Source: a virus
Lineage: Duplodnaviria > Caudoviricetes
IMG/VR virus record: IMGVR_UViG_3300028567_000401
Location: 18,995 to 82,994 of that record
Direction: 5' to 3' (one strand)
Length of the DNA: 64,000 nt
Shown here piece by piece: positions 48,606 to 58,337 of this stretch. The translations under genes and the position numbers were made by a program. The notes under the pieces were generated by a model. That model was not told where the DNA came from. It did not search any database and was given only the letters and a program-made list of their open reading frames with translations. Every line of letters begins with the position of its first letter. Position 1 is the first letter of the stretch.

Positions 48606-48845
48606 ATGTATTATTTAGTAACAATTAATTACGAAATTGAAACAGAAAGAAACACTAAGTTACAAAAAATAAAATATATTATTGAGGCTGAAAGTGTTGA
48701 AGAGGCCGCAATTATTGCAAATAAATATATTGAAGGAGATACTAGATCTGCAGAACTCCTGGGTATCACACATATGCCTATTGAATGTGTTATTGGCCCT
48801 AAAACATATCCGGAATATTATAAAGAAAAAAATATTTTAAAATAA
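48606..48845 (+). CDS. Small protein, DUF4494-like
   Basis: Y.VTINYE......K...YIIEAESVEEA pattern. Confidence 0.4.
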   Translation: MYYLVTINYEIETERNTKLQKIKYIIEAESVEEAAIIANKYIEGDTRSAELLGITHMPIECVIGPKTYPEYYKEKNILK

Positions 48846-48859
48846 AATAATATAAAATC

Positions 48860-49429
48860 ATGTTAACCATACAACAATTAGAACACAATAAAACTAAGTT
48901 CATAGAAACTAATAAGAAGTATAATATTATGACTAAAGAATTATTAGATTTTCTTGGTGATAATTTGTATATTTCGCCAGCATCGACTCGATTAAGCATG
49001 GTTGGTTGTTATCCAGGCGGTTTATTAAATCACATAATAAAAGCATGTAAATATGCCATTAAAGTAAATGAGATTTTACCTGAATTTTTAAAACAACCAA
49101 TTCCAACAATAGTTAAAGTAGTCTTTTTATCACAAATTGGTAAAGTATTTATGTTTTGTATAACAGAAAATGAGTATAATAAAAAACAAGGTATAATGTA
49201 TGATTTTTGTGATGATATTGTAAGACTTAGAATTGGTGAAAGATCGGCATACTATGCTACTAAATATGGTGTACAATTATCTGAAGAAGAATATCAAGCT
49301 ATTTTAAATCATGATAAAGATGAAGATGATAAAATGGCTAAATATTTTTCATCCCCATTAACTTCAATAATAAAATGGGGGTTTGAATTAGCTATCATGG
49401 AGGAAAAAAATGACATCAAAAAGAAATGA
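48860..49429 (+). CDS. HD-domain-like protein with the HD dyad replaced (FLSQIGK)
   Basis: YPGGLLNHIIK...VFLSQIGKV...LSEEEYQAILNHD. Confidence 0.6.
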   Translation: MLTIQQLEHNKTKFIETNKKYNIMTKELLDFLGDNLYISPASTRLSMVGCYPGGLLNHIIKACKYAIKVNEILPEFLKQPIPTIVKVVFLSQIGKVFMFCITENEYNKKQGIMYDFCDDIVRLRIGERSAYYATKYGVQLSEEEYQAILNHDKDEDDKMAKYFSSPLTSIIKWGFELAIMEEKNDIKKK

Positions 49430-50030
49430 TTTAGAAGAATATTTAAAACAATTAGAAGATTTAGATAGAAGATTAAATGACGAAAATAATGATATAAATC
49501 CAAGTGATTATATAATAGAAATTAATAAATTACTTAGTGGATTATCTTCTGATTTAGAATTTGACACTCCCAAAAAAATACTTGCCACCACATTAACTTT
49601 CGTAAATAAGTCAAAAAATCCAGATCCAGCTTTTGCTCATGAAGGTGATAGTGGTTTTGATATAAGAGCAGATTTAGAAAATGAATTATCGATACCAAGT
49701 AGAGAAATTCGTATAATACCAACAGGACTTTATTTTGAAGTAGCAAACGGACTTGAAGTACAAATTAGATCAAGAAGTGGACTAGCTGCAAATAATGGTA
49801 TAATGGTATTAAATTCCCCAGGAACAATTGATTCACATTATCGCGGTGAAATTAAAGTAATTTTAGCCAATTTTGGCCCATCAGATTTTATAGTAAATGC
49901 TGGAGATAGAATTGCTCAAGCAGTTGTTTGTCCTGTTTATGGAGAAGGAAATTTAAATTTTATAAAAGCAGAAAAATTAACGGAAACAAAAAGAAATATT
50001 GATGGTTTTGGATCAACTGGTAAAATTTAA
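49410..50030 (+). CDS. dut: Trimeric dUTPase with an N-terminal extension
   Basis: GDSGFDIRA, RSRSGLA, GTIDSHYRGEIKV, GDRIAQ, R..GFGSTG. Confidence 0.95.
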   Translation: MTSKRNDLEEYLKQLEDLDRRLNDENNDINPSDYIIEINKLLSGLSSDLEFDTPKKILATTLTFVNKSKNPDPAFAHEGDSGFDIRADLENELSIPSREIRIIPTGLYFEVANGLEVQIRSRSGLAANNGIMVLNSPGTIDSHYRGEIKVILANFGPSDFIVNAGDRIAQAVVCPVYGEGNLNFIKAEKLTETKRNIDGFGSTGKI

Positions 50031-50077
50031 TATATTTATAATGTAAAAATAAAGTTTGCCGCAAAAACCAATAAAAT

Positions 50078-50773
50078 TTGCAAAGTATAAATAATAAACC
50101 AAAAACCGTAAAAGATCAAATTCGTCAAATCATCAAAAAACCTAAAGAAAAATTTCTCACATTTTCACAAAAAGAATATTGGGAAATTCTAGAAAAAAAT
50201 CAAATTACATTATGTTTTGGTCCGGCCGGTACAGGTAAATCACATATTTCTATAAAAAAAGCAATAGATTTACTTTATTGTGAAGATAATAAGTATGAAA
50301 AACTTATTATTATAAGATCACCAATAGAATCAAGTAAATCTATTGGATATCTTCCTGGCGATATTGAAGAAAAAATGGCTCCATATATAAATCCTACTTA
50401 TTATTTATTAAATAAAATTATAGGTAAAGAAAGTAGAGAATTAATGGAAAAAGTTAATTTAATTGAAATTATTCCTATTTCATTTTTAAGAGGCCGCAAT
50501 ATTGATAATTCAATAGTAATTGGAGAAGAATTTCAAAATGTTGGTATTGATGAAATGAAACTTGTTCTTACAAGAATTGGATATAATTCAAAATTTTTTC
50601 TTTCTGGTGATATTGAGCAATCAGATTTATTTAAAGATAAAAATAAAATAGGATTATTTGATGCTAAAGAAAGATTACGTGGTATAAAAGATATTGGCTT
50701 TTTTGAATTTAATAAAAATGATATTGTACGTAATCCAATTATTAGTGAAATACTAGAAAGATATAATAATTAA
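50078..50773 (+). CDS. phoH: PhoH-family ATPase
   Basis: GPAGTGKS, GYLPGDIEEK, FLRGRN, LTRIG..SK..LSGDIEQSD, DIVRNP. Confidence 0.92.
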   Translation: MQSINNKPKTVKDQIRQIIKKPKEKFLTFSQKEYWEILEKNQITLCFGPAGTGKSHISIKKAIDLLYCEDNKYEKLIIIRSPIESSKSIGYLPGDIEEKMAPYINPTYYLLNKIIGKESRELMEKVNLIEIIPISFLRGRNIDNSIVIGEEFQNVGIDEMKLVLTRIGYNSKFFLSGDIEQSDLFKDKNKIGLFDAKERLRGIKDIGFFEFNKNDIVRNPIISEILERYNN

Positions 50774-50841
50774 TTTCTTTTAAGATAAATAATTTAAAAA
50801 TATTTACTTATAATAAAAATACTATTATATTTCTTATAATT

Positions 50842-51531
50842 ATGGAAATATATATTAATATTAACGGAGTATTACGTAATTTTATAGAAAAATTTGATTA
50901 TCATTATCGAGAATACTTCTTAGAAACTGATGTTGATGTACTTAACGAGGATATAAAAACATTTGATTATAAAATAACATATCCTATATTTAATGACAAT
51001 CTTTTGAAATATTATAAGTTTCAATCAAAAGATGAATATAATAATTTTTGTTATATAGACTATGCATTAGAATTGTTTGGTCATTCTAGACTTAGTTATC
51101 AAAATGTGATGTTAGATTTAAATGAAATAATTTACGGAAATAAACACATTAATTTCACTTTGATTGGTATTGATGAATTTGGCAAAGCCAAACCATCAAC
51201 ATTATTTTTTTTATCTAAAAATGGGTTTTTAGGGAATAATATTAAATTTATCGATTCTCAAGATATAGAAAAAGAATGGAAAAAATGTGATATATGGATT
51301 ACTGATAATAAAGTGATTATTGATAAATGTCCTAAAAATAAAATGGCGATCAAATTTAATACACCGTATAATGATTATTATAACGGACAAATAGAAATAA
51401 ATAAATTGACAAATATTAAAGAAATATGCTCGCATTCATGGGAAAATACTACTATATCGATGTGGACGAAGTTATTAACCTTTGTCGTGCAGATTATGGG
51501 ACTGAAGAATTTGAAAAAAATCAAGGATTAA
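50842..51531 (+). CDS. HAD / 5'(3')-nucleotidase-like protein lacking the catalytic Asp residues (NINGVL)
   Basis: IYININGVLRNF...CDIWITDN...FNTPYN. Confidence 0.55.
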   Translation: MEIYININGVLRNFIEKFDYHYREYFLETDVDVLNEDIKTFDYKITYPIFNDNLLKYYKFQSKDEYNNFCYIDYALELFGHSRLSYQNVMLDLNEIIYGNKHINFTLIGIDEFGKAKPSTLFFLSKNGFLGNNIKFIDSQDIEKEWKKCDIWITDNKVIIDKCPKNKMAIKFNTPYNDYYNGQIEINKLTNIKEICSHSWENTTISMWTKLLTFVVQIMGLKNLKKIKD

Positions 51532-51740
51532 AAACCGGAGAACACGGTGAAGGCGTTTTAGAATTAAATGTATTTAAATTCGAGCTTTTTAAAGCATGCA
51601 TAGAAAGAATCTTGAATGAATATGAAGAAATTGATGAAAAAATGGTTTCATTTTCAGAATCAGAATCAAGTGTATCTTTTAAAATTGCTATAAATACATT
51701 ATTAAAATATAATTTATTAATTGAATATGATAATGAATAA
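51426..51740 (+). CDS. Hypothetical protein
   Basis: 104-aa acidic ORF; true start probably the second Met (MGKYYYIDVD). Confidence 0.7.
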   Translation: MLAFMGKYYYIDVDEVINLCRADYGTEEFEKNQGLKTGEHGEGVLELNVFKFELFKACIERILNEYEEIDEKMVSFSESESSVSFKIAINTLLKYNLLIEYDNE

Positions 51741-52800
51741 AAAACAAACTACTATTGAGCTTCTAGAAACCATATTAGATAGACTAGAAAAAAGAGAAAA
51801 TATTATATATTTTTTAGTATATGATACTAAAGGAAATGCTAGAGCATCCATAAAACATATTTATGACATGGCATTAGTATTGAAAGAAAACGGATATAAT
51901 GCAAAAATTCTTGTTGAAGATAAAAATTATACTGGTGTTAATGGATGGTTAGATGATTCTTATAATATTCTTCCCGTCATTGCAATTAAAGAAGATGAGG
52001 CAACTATTAATGTTGATGATATTATTATTATTCCTGAACATTATTCAAATATTTTACCTCAATTATCAAATATAAAATGTGGTAAAGTTATGTTAGTACA
52101 ACAAAAAGAATATATATTTGAAACATTACCTATCGGGAGTAAATGGAGTTATTTCGGTTTTGACAGATGTATAACAACAACAGAAAAATCAAAACAATAT
52201 ATTTTAGAATATTTTCCCGAAACATTAGTTTATATTATACCACCATATATTGGTGATAATTTTAGGCCATCTGAAATACCACAAAAACCGTATATCGCAA
52301 TTAGTTGTAGAGATATATTACAACACCGAAAAATTATTTCTGAATTTTATTTAAAATACCCACAATTACGATGGATTACTTTTAAAAATATGGTTCAAAT
52401 GTCATATTTAGAATTTAGTGATGCATTAAAAGAATGTATGGTTTCAGTATGGATTGATGATGAATCCACATTCGGAACATTTCCATTAGAATCAATGAAA
52501 TGTGATGTACCAGTTGTGGGTAAAATACCAACAACAGAGCCTATTTGGATGGGTGAAAATGGATTTTGGACATATGATATTGATAATATTGTTGAACTTC
52601 TTGGTACATATGTTTTAGCTTGGATAGAAGGTATAGATATTACTGACAATATTAGAGAAAAAATGAAACAAACTACTTTATTATATACAAAATCACTACA
52701 TACTGAAGTTACGTTATCAATTTTTAATGCTATTATATCTCAAAGAGTTGAAATAATCAAAAATAATATAGAAAAAGTTAAAATAGAAAATGATAAATGA
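51721..52800 (+). CDS. Glycosyltransferase, GT-B / GT4-like
   Basis: DDIIIIPE; ESTFGTFPLESMKCDVPVVG (E-x7-E motif). Confidence 0.75.
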   Translation: MNMIMNKKQTTIELLETILDRLEKRENIIYFLVYDTKGNARASIKHIYDMALVLKENGYNAKILVEDKNYTGVNGWLDDSYNILPVIAIKEDEATINVDDIIIIPEHYSNILPQLSNIKCGKVMLVQQKEYIFETLPIGSKWSYFGFDRCITTTEKSKQYILEYFPETLVYIIPPYIGDNFRPSEIPQKPYIAISCRDILQHRKIISEFYLKYPQLRWITFKNMVQMSYLEFSDALKECMVSVWIDDESTFGTFPLESMKCDVPVVGKIPTTEPIWMGENGFWTYDIDNIVELLGTYVLAWIEGIDITDNIREKMKQTTLLYTKSLHTEVTLSIFNAIISQRVEIIKNNIEKVKIENDK

Positions 52801-53585
52801 AAAAAATAACAATTATTCTTCCAATTTATAAATTAGACGAAATAGATGATATGATGTTAAAAAACGCATTATTATCTATCGATAGTTTTCATAATGATAT
52901 CAAACTATTAATTGTCTGTCCCAACGATTTAAAGAAAAAAATTAATGGTATAGATTTTGGTCAAAAATTAGAATATAAAATAATTTATAATTCCACAAAA
53001 TGTACCGATTTTACATATCAAATCAATATGGGAATTGACGAATGTGATACAGAATGGTTTTCAATCATGGAAATTGATGATGAATATAAAAAAATATGGT
53101 TAACATCAATGAATGAATACATAAATACCTATAAAGATGTGGATGTCTTTTTACCAATAGTTAAAGATATAAATGTTGAAGGAGATTTTATAAATTTTAC
53201 TAATGAATCTCTATGGGCATATGGATTTTCAGAAAAACAAGGATATTTAGATAATGAGTTACTATTAGAATTTCAAAATTTTCAAACAAGCGGTGGTTTA
53301 TATAGAACTAAAACAATTATAAATCACGGTAAATTTAAAGATAATATTAAATTAACATTTTCTTATGAATTTCTATTAAGATTAACGTATAATGGAGTAA
53401 ATATCATGTCTGTACCTAAAATTGGGTATCAGCATGTTAATTTTAGAGAAAATTCATTATTCTGGAGTTATAAAAATGATCCAGATATGAAATTATCTGA
53501 AGATGAAGTAAAATTTTGGTTAGAAACAGCAAAAAAAGAATATTTTTTTAAAAATAAAAGAGAAATACAATTTACTAAAAATTAA
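52797..53585 (+). CDS. Glycosyltransferase, GT2/GT-A
   Basis: ITIILPIY, QINMGI..CDTEWFSIMEIDDEY, YEFLLR. Confidence 0.8.
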   Translation: MKKITIILPIYKLDEIDDMMLKNALLSIDSFHNDIKLLIVCPNDLKKKINGIDFGQKLEYKIIYNSTKCTDFTYQINMGIDECDTEWFSIMEIDDEYKKIWLTSMNEYINTYKDVDVFLPIVKDINVEGDFINFTNESLWAYGFSEKQGYLDNELLLEFQNFQTSGGLYRTKTIINHGKFKDNIKLTFSYEFLLRLTYNGVNIMSVPKIGYQHVNFRENSLFWSYKNDPDMKLSEDEVKFWLETAKKEYFFKNKREIQFTKN

Positions 53586-54284
53586 ATGCCAAGAACCCGA
53601 ACCCAAAAAATATATTTTGGGGAGGAACAAGAAAAAGCGGTAATTAAGTATATTGAAACTGAAAGCGAAGAAGAAAAGAATAAGATATTCAATGAATATT
53701 TAAAAGAACCTCTCGAAATAATGGTCGAAAGTATAATTCGACGATATAAATTGTATCGAAAAGATTTTGAATTTAATGATTTACATGTAGATACAATGTC
53801 TTTTCTTATTACAAAGATAAATAAATTTGATCAAGCAAAAAATCATCGTTCATATTCTTATTTTGGTACAATTTGTAAGAATTACTTAATGGGATCAATT
53901 CAAAAAGACGCTAAAGATTTTAATAGAACTGTATCATATGAAGATATTTCTGCATCAATTGAAGAAAATTCCGATTTAACATATGTTATTGATACAATAC
54001 CAATAGATTATAAAGAAATTATCAATAAATTACTAACAAAACTTAATGAATTTATAATAACAGAGAAACTTACCGAAAATGAAAAAAAATTAGGGTATGC
54101 ATTAATAGAAATTTTCACAAATTTCAATGAAATTTTTCAAATTGGTGAAGGAAATAAGTTCAATAAGAATTTAATATTACTTGCAATTAGAGAAATGACC
54201 TCTTTATCTACAAAAGAAATACGAGTTTCATTAAAAAAATATAGAAAATTATATAATGAAGTTCGTGATTACTTTATAAACTAG
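53586..54284 (+). CDS. Phage sigma factor (T4 gp55-like late sigma)
   Basis: KINKFDQAKNHRSYSYFGTICKNYL parallels the gp55 region 2 motif NFD......HAYIT.ACFNAF. Confidence 0.65.
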   Translation: MPRTRTQKIYFGEEQEKAVIKYIETESEEEKNKIFNEYLKEPLEIMVESIIRRYKLYRKDFEFNDLHVDTMSFLITKINKFDQAKNHRSYSYFGTICKNYLMGSIQKDAKDFNRTVSYEDISASIEENSDLTYVIDTIPIDYKEIINKLLTKLNEFIITEKLTENEKKLGYALIEIFTNFNEIFQIGEGNKFNKNLILLAIREMTSLSTKEIRVSLKKYRKLYNEVRDYFIN

Positions 54285-54321
54285 AAAAAAAGGTATTTAT
54301 AATAATAACATAACTATAAAA

Positions 54322-54714
54322 ATGAGAAATAAAAGAAAAATAGTCACACTTGATGTCGATTCTGCATTAGCATTAATGCAAGAAATCTATAATGATATTG
54401 TAGAACAAAAAAATAACGCATCTCTTATAATGAAAAAGATGCTTGTGTTTATGAAAGAGGCTGATGATATGAGTTTAATTGGCCCCGTAATCAAAGAACA
54501 ACAAAAAATTCTAAATGAATGTACAGAAAAAAAGATATCATTAGTAAAATTACAAAATGCCATGATAAAACAGGGTAATATGACTACTGGCGGTATAAAT
54601 TCTAATACAAAAATGGTTCTAAATGAAGAAGATCGAAAATTACTTGAAAAATTAATTGAAGATAATGAAGATAAATCATTTGATGATACTAATATTGAAA
54701 CATATAACACATAA
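54322..54714 (+). CDS. Hypothetical helical late protein
   Basis: 130 aa; TATTTATA at 54294-54301. Confidence 0.75.
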   Translation: MRNKRKIVTLDVDSALALMQEIYNDIVEQKNNASLIMKKMLVFMKEADDMSLIGPVIKEQQKILNECTEKKISLVKLQNAMIKQGNMTTGGINSNTKMVLNEEDRKLLEKLIEDNEDKSFDDTNIETYNT

Positions 54715-56597
54715 TGGCAACTACAGATATTCAAAGAAATAAAATTAAATCAATAATTTCAGCAATTAAAGCCATCGATCAAAATCCGAAGGCCACTATT
54801 AGTGATATATCCGATGTTTATAACGATAAACTCGAATCGACAAACGGTATTATAAAAAAAAGTATTACAGATTTTACTTCTAAAGTAAAAGGTAAAACAC
54901 AAAATAGAAAAAACATTTATGAAGAAATTGTTGATCTTGCTGTTACTTTTCTAAATGATGAAACAACGATTAAACGAAATCCTAAAGTAAAAATTTCAGA
55001 AAATACTAAACTTTTTAGATATTCTAAACAAGCAGCCAAGATAACACTACAAGCAACTGCACAAGATATTAATAATGAAACTAAAAGAACACTTTTTGGT
55101 AGCGTTTGTGATCCGCCCATAAATCTTAATGCAACATCACTTACAATATCTCCAAAAGAATTTGACTTTATGGGGTTATTGAAAGTCAATCCCAATTCTA
55201 TTACTGGTAAACTTATGTATGAGAGTCCCGAATCAACAATTAATGGTGGTATAAAGTTTAATAGAGAATTATATAATACATTTGATACAACACCAAATCC
55301 ATATAATTTTAAAAATCAATTTTTTATATCATGGGATTCGGGTCAACAAAAGTTTTTAGTTGAAGGATTAAATAATGAAACTAGATTGGGTATTTTTTTA
55401 AATGATTATTATAGTTCTATTGAATATCCTGATATTGATCATATTTTAAAAACAGCTATACAAATGGTATTGGGTGGTGATGGCGTAGAACCAAAAACAT
55501 TTAAAATTGGTATGAAAAATTTAAATAGACTTCTTACAAAACTATTTTCAATTTGTGGTAAACCATCAACGAGTAAATCACCATTATTAAATACAACAGA
55601 TACAGAATTAAATGAAGATGAGACTGATTTACAAAATTATTTTGATTTTAATGATACTGAAGGCATCGATTTAGATGATGAAGATGCGTGGGATAGAAGA
55701 GTTCTTAGATTTAAAGATTGTGAAAATTTTGAGATACCAATTAATCCCAATTATTCAGAAGATTTTACATATTTTTTAGATAAAAAACCAATAGATGAAA
55801 ATATTGGAAATACATTAGATAAAGCAGCTAAAGAAGCATATGAATCATCAGGTAATGCCGATAATGGTGGTATCGCTTTTGAAGGATTTCAATTATCGTT
55901 AATAACAAATTATATTTTAAAAATACCAAGAGCGATAATTGCAAGTTTATTATCTCCTAAAATTTTTTTTCCAATTGTTGTAATATATAAAATACTTAAG
56001 GGTGGTGCATTATTAGTTACTGATTTAATAAAAATACTTTATAATCTTTTTAATAATTTCATTAGAAAAATATTCTGGAGGTTTATTAAAGAATTTTGGA
56101 AATTAGTGAAAGGTGATCTTTTACATTTTATCCAAAGAATTGCATTTAGAATTTTTATAAATAAACTTAAAAAATTAAAAGTAATAATTCAAATTTTAAT
56201 TAATTTAATAAGGAAAGTTCTTGAATTAAAAATAACAAGTTGTTCAGATATATTTGGAGCTATTTTACAAACAATTACCACAGCACTTAATAGGCCAATT
56301 AATATAAAAATACCATCGTTACTATTACTAATGGCCGATAAATTACCGGGATTTAGTGCTGATAGAGCACACATAGACGCTGTTTCCAGAGCACAAGCAT
56401 ATGGTGTAGATATGGGGCCAATATATGGTGAAGATAATAAGCTTGTTTTAGCCATGAAAGCTATTATTGATGCTATATCTACAGAAGAAGATAATAATTC
56501 TTATGTTATAGGCACAATAAAACCATCAATGATACCTGTAGCACCCGGTGGTGGTACTGCTTTACTTACAGGTAGTATAGTCGGTAAAAAATTTTAA
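54714..56597 (+). CDS. Hypothetical protein, probably structural
   Basis: 627-aa ORF in the same operon as the spike gene. Confidence 0.75.
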   Translation: MATTDIQRNKIKSIISAIKAIDQNPKATISDISDVYNDKLESTNGIIKKSITDFTSKVKGKTQNRKNIYEEIVDLAVTFLNDETTIKRNPKVKISENTKLFRYSKQAAKITLQATAQDINNETKRTLFGSVCDPPINLNATSLTISPKEFDFMGLLKVNPNSITGKLMYESPESTINGGIKFNRELYNTFDTTPNPYNFKNQFFISWDSGQQKFLVEGLNNETRLGIFLNDYYSSIEYPDIDHILKTAIQMVLGGDGVEPKTFKIGMKNLNRLLTKLFSICGKPSTSKSPLLNTTDTELNEDETDLQNYFDFNDTEGIDLDDEDAWDRRVLRFKDCENFEIPINPNYSEDFTYFLDKKPIDENIGNTLDKAAKEAYESSGNADNGGIAFEGFQLSLITNYILKIPRAIIASLLSPKIFFPIVVIYKILKGGALLVTDLIKILYNLFNNFIRKIFWRFIKEFWKLVKGDLLHFIQRIAFRIFINKLKKLKVIIQILINLIRKVLELKITSCSDIFGAILQTITTALNRPINIKIPSLLLLMADKLPGFSADRAHIDAVSRAQAYGVDMGPIYGEDNKLVLAMKAIIDAISTEEDNNSYVIGTIKPSMIPVAPGGGTALLTGSIVGKKF

Positions 56598-56599
56598 TT

Positions 56600-56800
56600 A
56601 TGGATAAAGATAAAATACTTGATATTGTTACAAATGTTAAAAATAGATCAAATAAAGATTTATTTGAATCAAGAGATGAATTATATAATGAATTTGAAAA
56701 AACAAAAGACTTGATAATTAAGCTAACAAAACATTTGGATACTGTTCAAGAATATTATGAAAAAATAAATACTGAAATTGGAAATAGACTGAAAAAATGA
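56600..56800 (+). CDS. Small coiled-coil hypothetical protein
   Basis: 66 aa, overlapping the next gene's start. Confidence 0.65.
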   Translation: MDKDKILDIVTNVKNRSNKDLFESRDELYNEFEKTKDLIIKLTKHLDTVQEYYEKINTEIGNRLKK

Positions 56801-58314
56801 AAATTATTGATGTTGGTATATGTGTCAATAATATTGATCCAAAAGGTATAGGCAGAATTAGATTTCGTCCATATGGTGTATATACAAGTGAACTAGAAAA
56901 TCATGTACAATATGATGAATGGGACGAATTAGATCCATTTATTGCCGCCCCATTTTTACCACTTCATATTAATGTTATTCCACAAATTCAACAATCAGTT
57001 AAACTTCTTGAATATGATACTGAAAATGAATTTCAAAATGTAGAATATGTTAGTGGTCCATTTACTTCACCACATGATATGCAAAATCAAACATTCGCAA
57101 CACAACATAAAGGTACTACATATGGCGGTGTTATAGTAAAGGGAATAAAAGACATACGAACTACTAAAGGAATATTTAATAATTCTGCATCACGTGGAAC
57201 AATTATAGATGAAAGAGATACTGGTCTTCGTGGAAATTATGGATCCGACATTATTTTTAGTGAAAATGGTGTTCAATTAAGAGGCGGATTTTTATTAAGT
57301 AAAGATGGAAAAAATAAAAAATCATTATTGGAATACCCACAACTTGCCAAAAAAATGGGTAGATTAAATTTAAAAAAATTCCCAACAACTTATCAAGCAA
57401 TTAAACAAACTATTGAAACATCAGAAGTTAGTTCTAGCAGATTAAAATATATTATTGAATATGAAATAAATAATTTATCAACCCCAACAGAATTAAGAAT
57501 ATTTGTATATAAAGTTATAGCAGGACAAGGATTTGCCAAAAGATTTGACACTAACACATTTAATGAAAATAGTGATTTTGATCCTACAGATAAACTACAA
57601 GTACAATTAATTAATACTACCAATACTATTACAGATCCAACTTACATTGTTTCAATAAATGGTTCAATAGAATCTGCATATATCGAATTAAGAGAATTAT
57701 TAAATTTAATTGATACTAATAATCTTACTGTTCTAGATCATTTGTATCCAAATGAAGACATCTATCCTTTTTATTTTAGACCGTCATCTGCTTTTAGATT
57801 ATTAAGAGGTGCATCATCGACAGAAATAACCAATAAAACTACTTTTATAAATAAAATTCAATTACGAAATAAAACAAATGGTTTTGGATTAATTTATTCT
57901 AGACAAACAGCTAATGCCCCATTAATCACAAGTAAAAAAGAAGTTATAACTGCAAAAGAAATACCAAATTCAGGAGAACAATCATTTGGTAGTATAATGG
58001 CCGATAAAATATTTATTACAAGTACAAGTCCAAATATAGGTGTTAACATTAAATCAATTAATTTTAATGATTTGAATGAATATGAATTAACACAAGAAGA
58101 TTATGTGGCATCTATAGAGCCAAATACATATGCTATGGTCAGAGGTGATATTTTATATCAATTACTTGTATCAATTAAAAAGTTTCTTGACGGGCATAGA
58201 CATAATATAAATGATCCGCCAGCAAAAGATGGCGATCAAAATTATGTTGAATATAATAGATTAATGCAAACATTAGAAGATGATTTATTAAATAGATCAC
58301 TTCGTATTAATTAA
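56797..58314 (+). CDS. Baseplate central spike (gp5/gpV-like)
   Basis: N-terminal OB-fold G.CVNNIDPKGIGRIR; C-terminal HxH metal-binding tip FLDGHRH. Confidence 0.7.
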   Translation: MKIIDVGICVNNIDPKGIGRIRFRPYGVYTSELENHVQYDEWDELDPFIAAPFLPLHINVIPQIQQSVKLLEYDTENEFQNVEYVSGPFTSPHDMQNQTFATQHKGTTYGGVIVKGIKDIRTTKGIFNNSASRGTIIDERDTGLRGNYGSDIIFSENGVQLRGGFLLSKDGKNKKSLLEYPQLAKKMGRLNLKKFPTTYQAIKQTIETSEVSSSRLKYIIEYEINNLSTPTELRIFVYKVIAGQGFAKRFDTNTFNENSDFDPTDKLQVQLINTTNTITDPTYIVSINGSIESAYIELRELLNLIDTNNLTVLDHLYPNEDIYPFYFRPSSAFRLLRGASSTEITNKTTFINKIQLRNKTNGFGLIYSRQTANAPLITSKKEVITAKEIPNSGEQSFGSIMADKIFITSTSPNIGVNIKSINFNDLNEYELTQEDYVASIEPNTYAMVRGDILYQLLVSIKKFLDGHRHNINDPPAKDGDQNYVEYNRLMQTLEDDLLNRSLRIN

Positions 58315-58337
58315 TGGAATATTTATTGTAAAAACAT

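Noticed and set aside
54322-54714. Terminase small subunit
   Set aside because: Size and helical character fit, but there is no recognisable motif and no large subunit nearby
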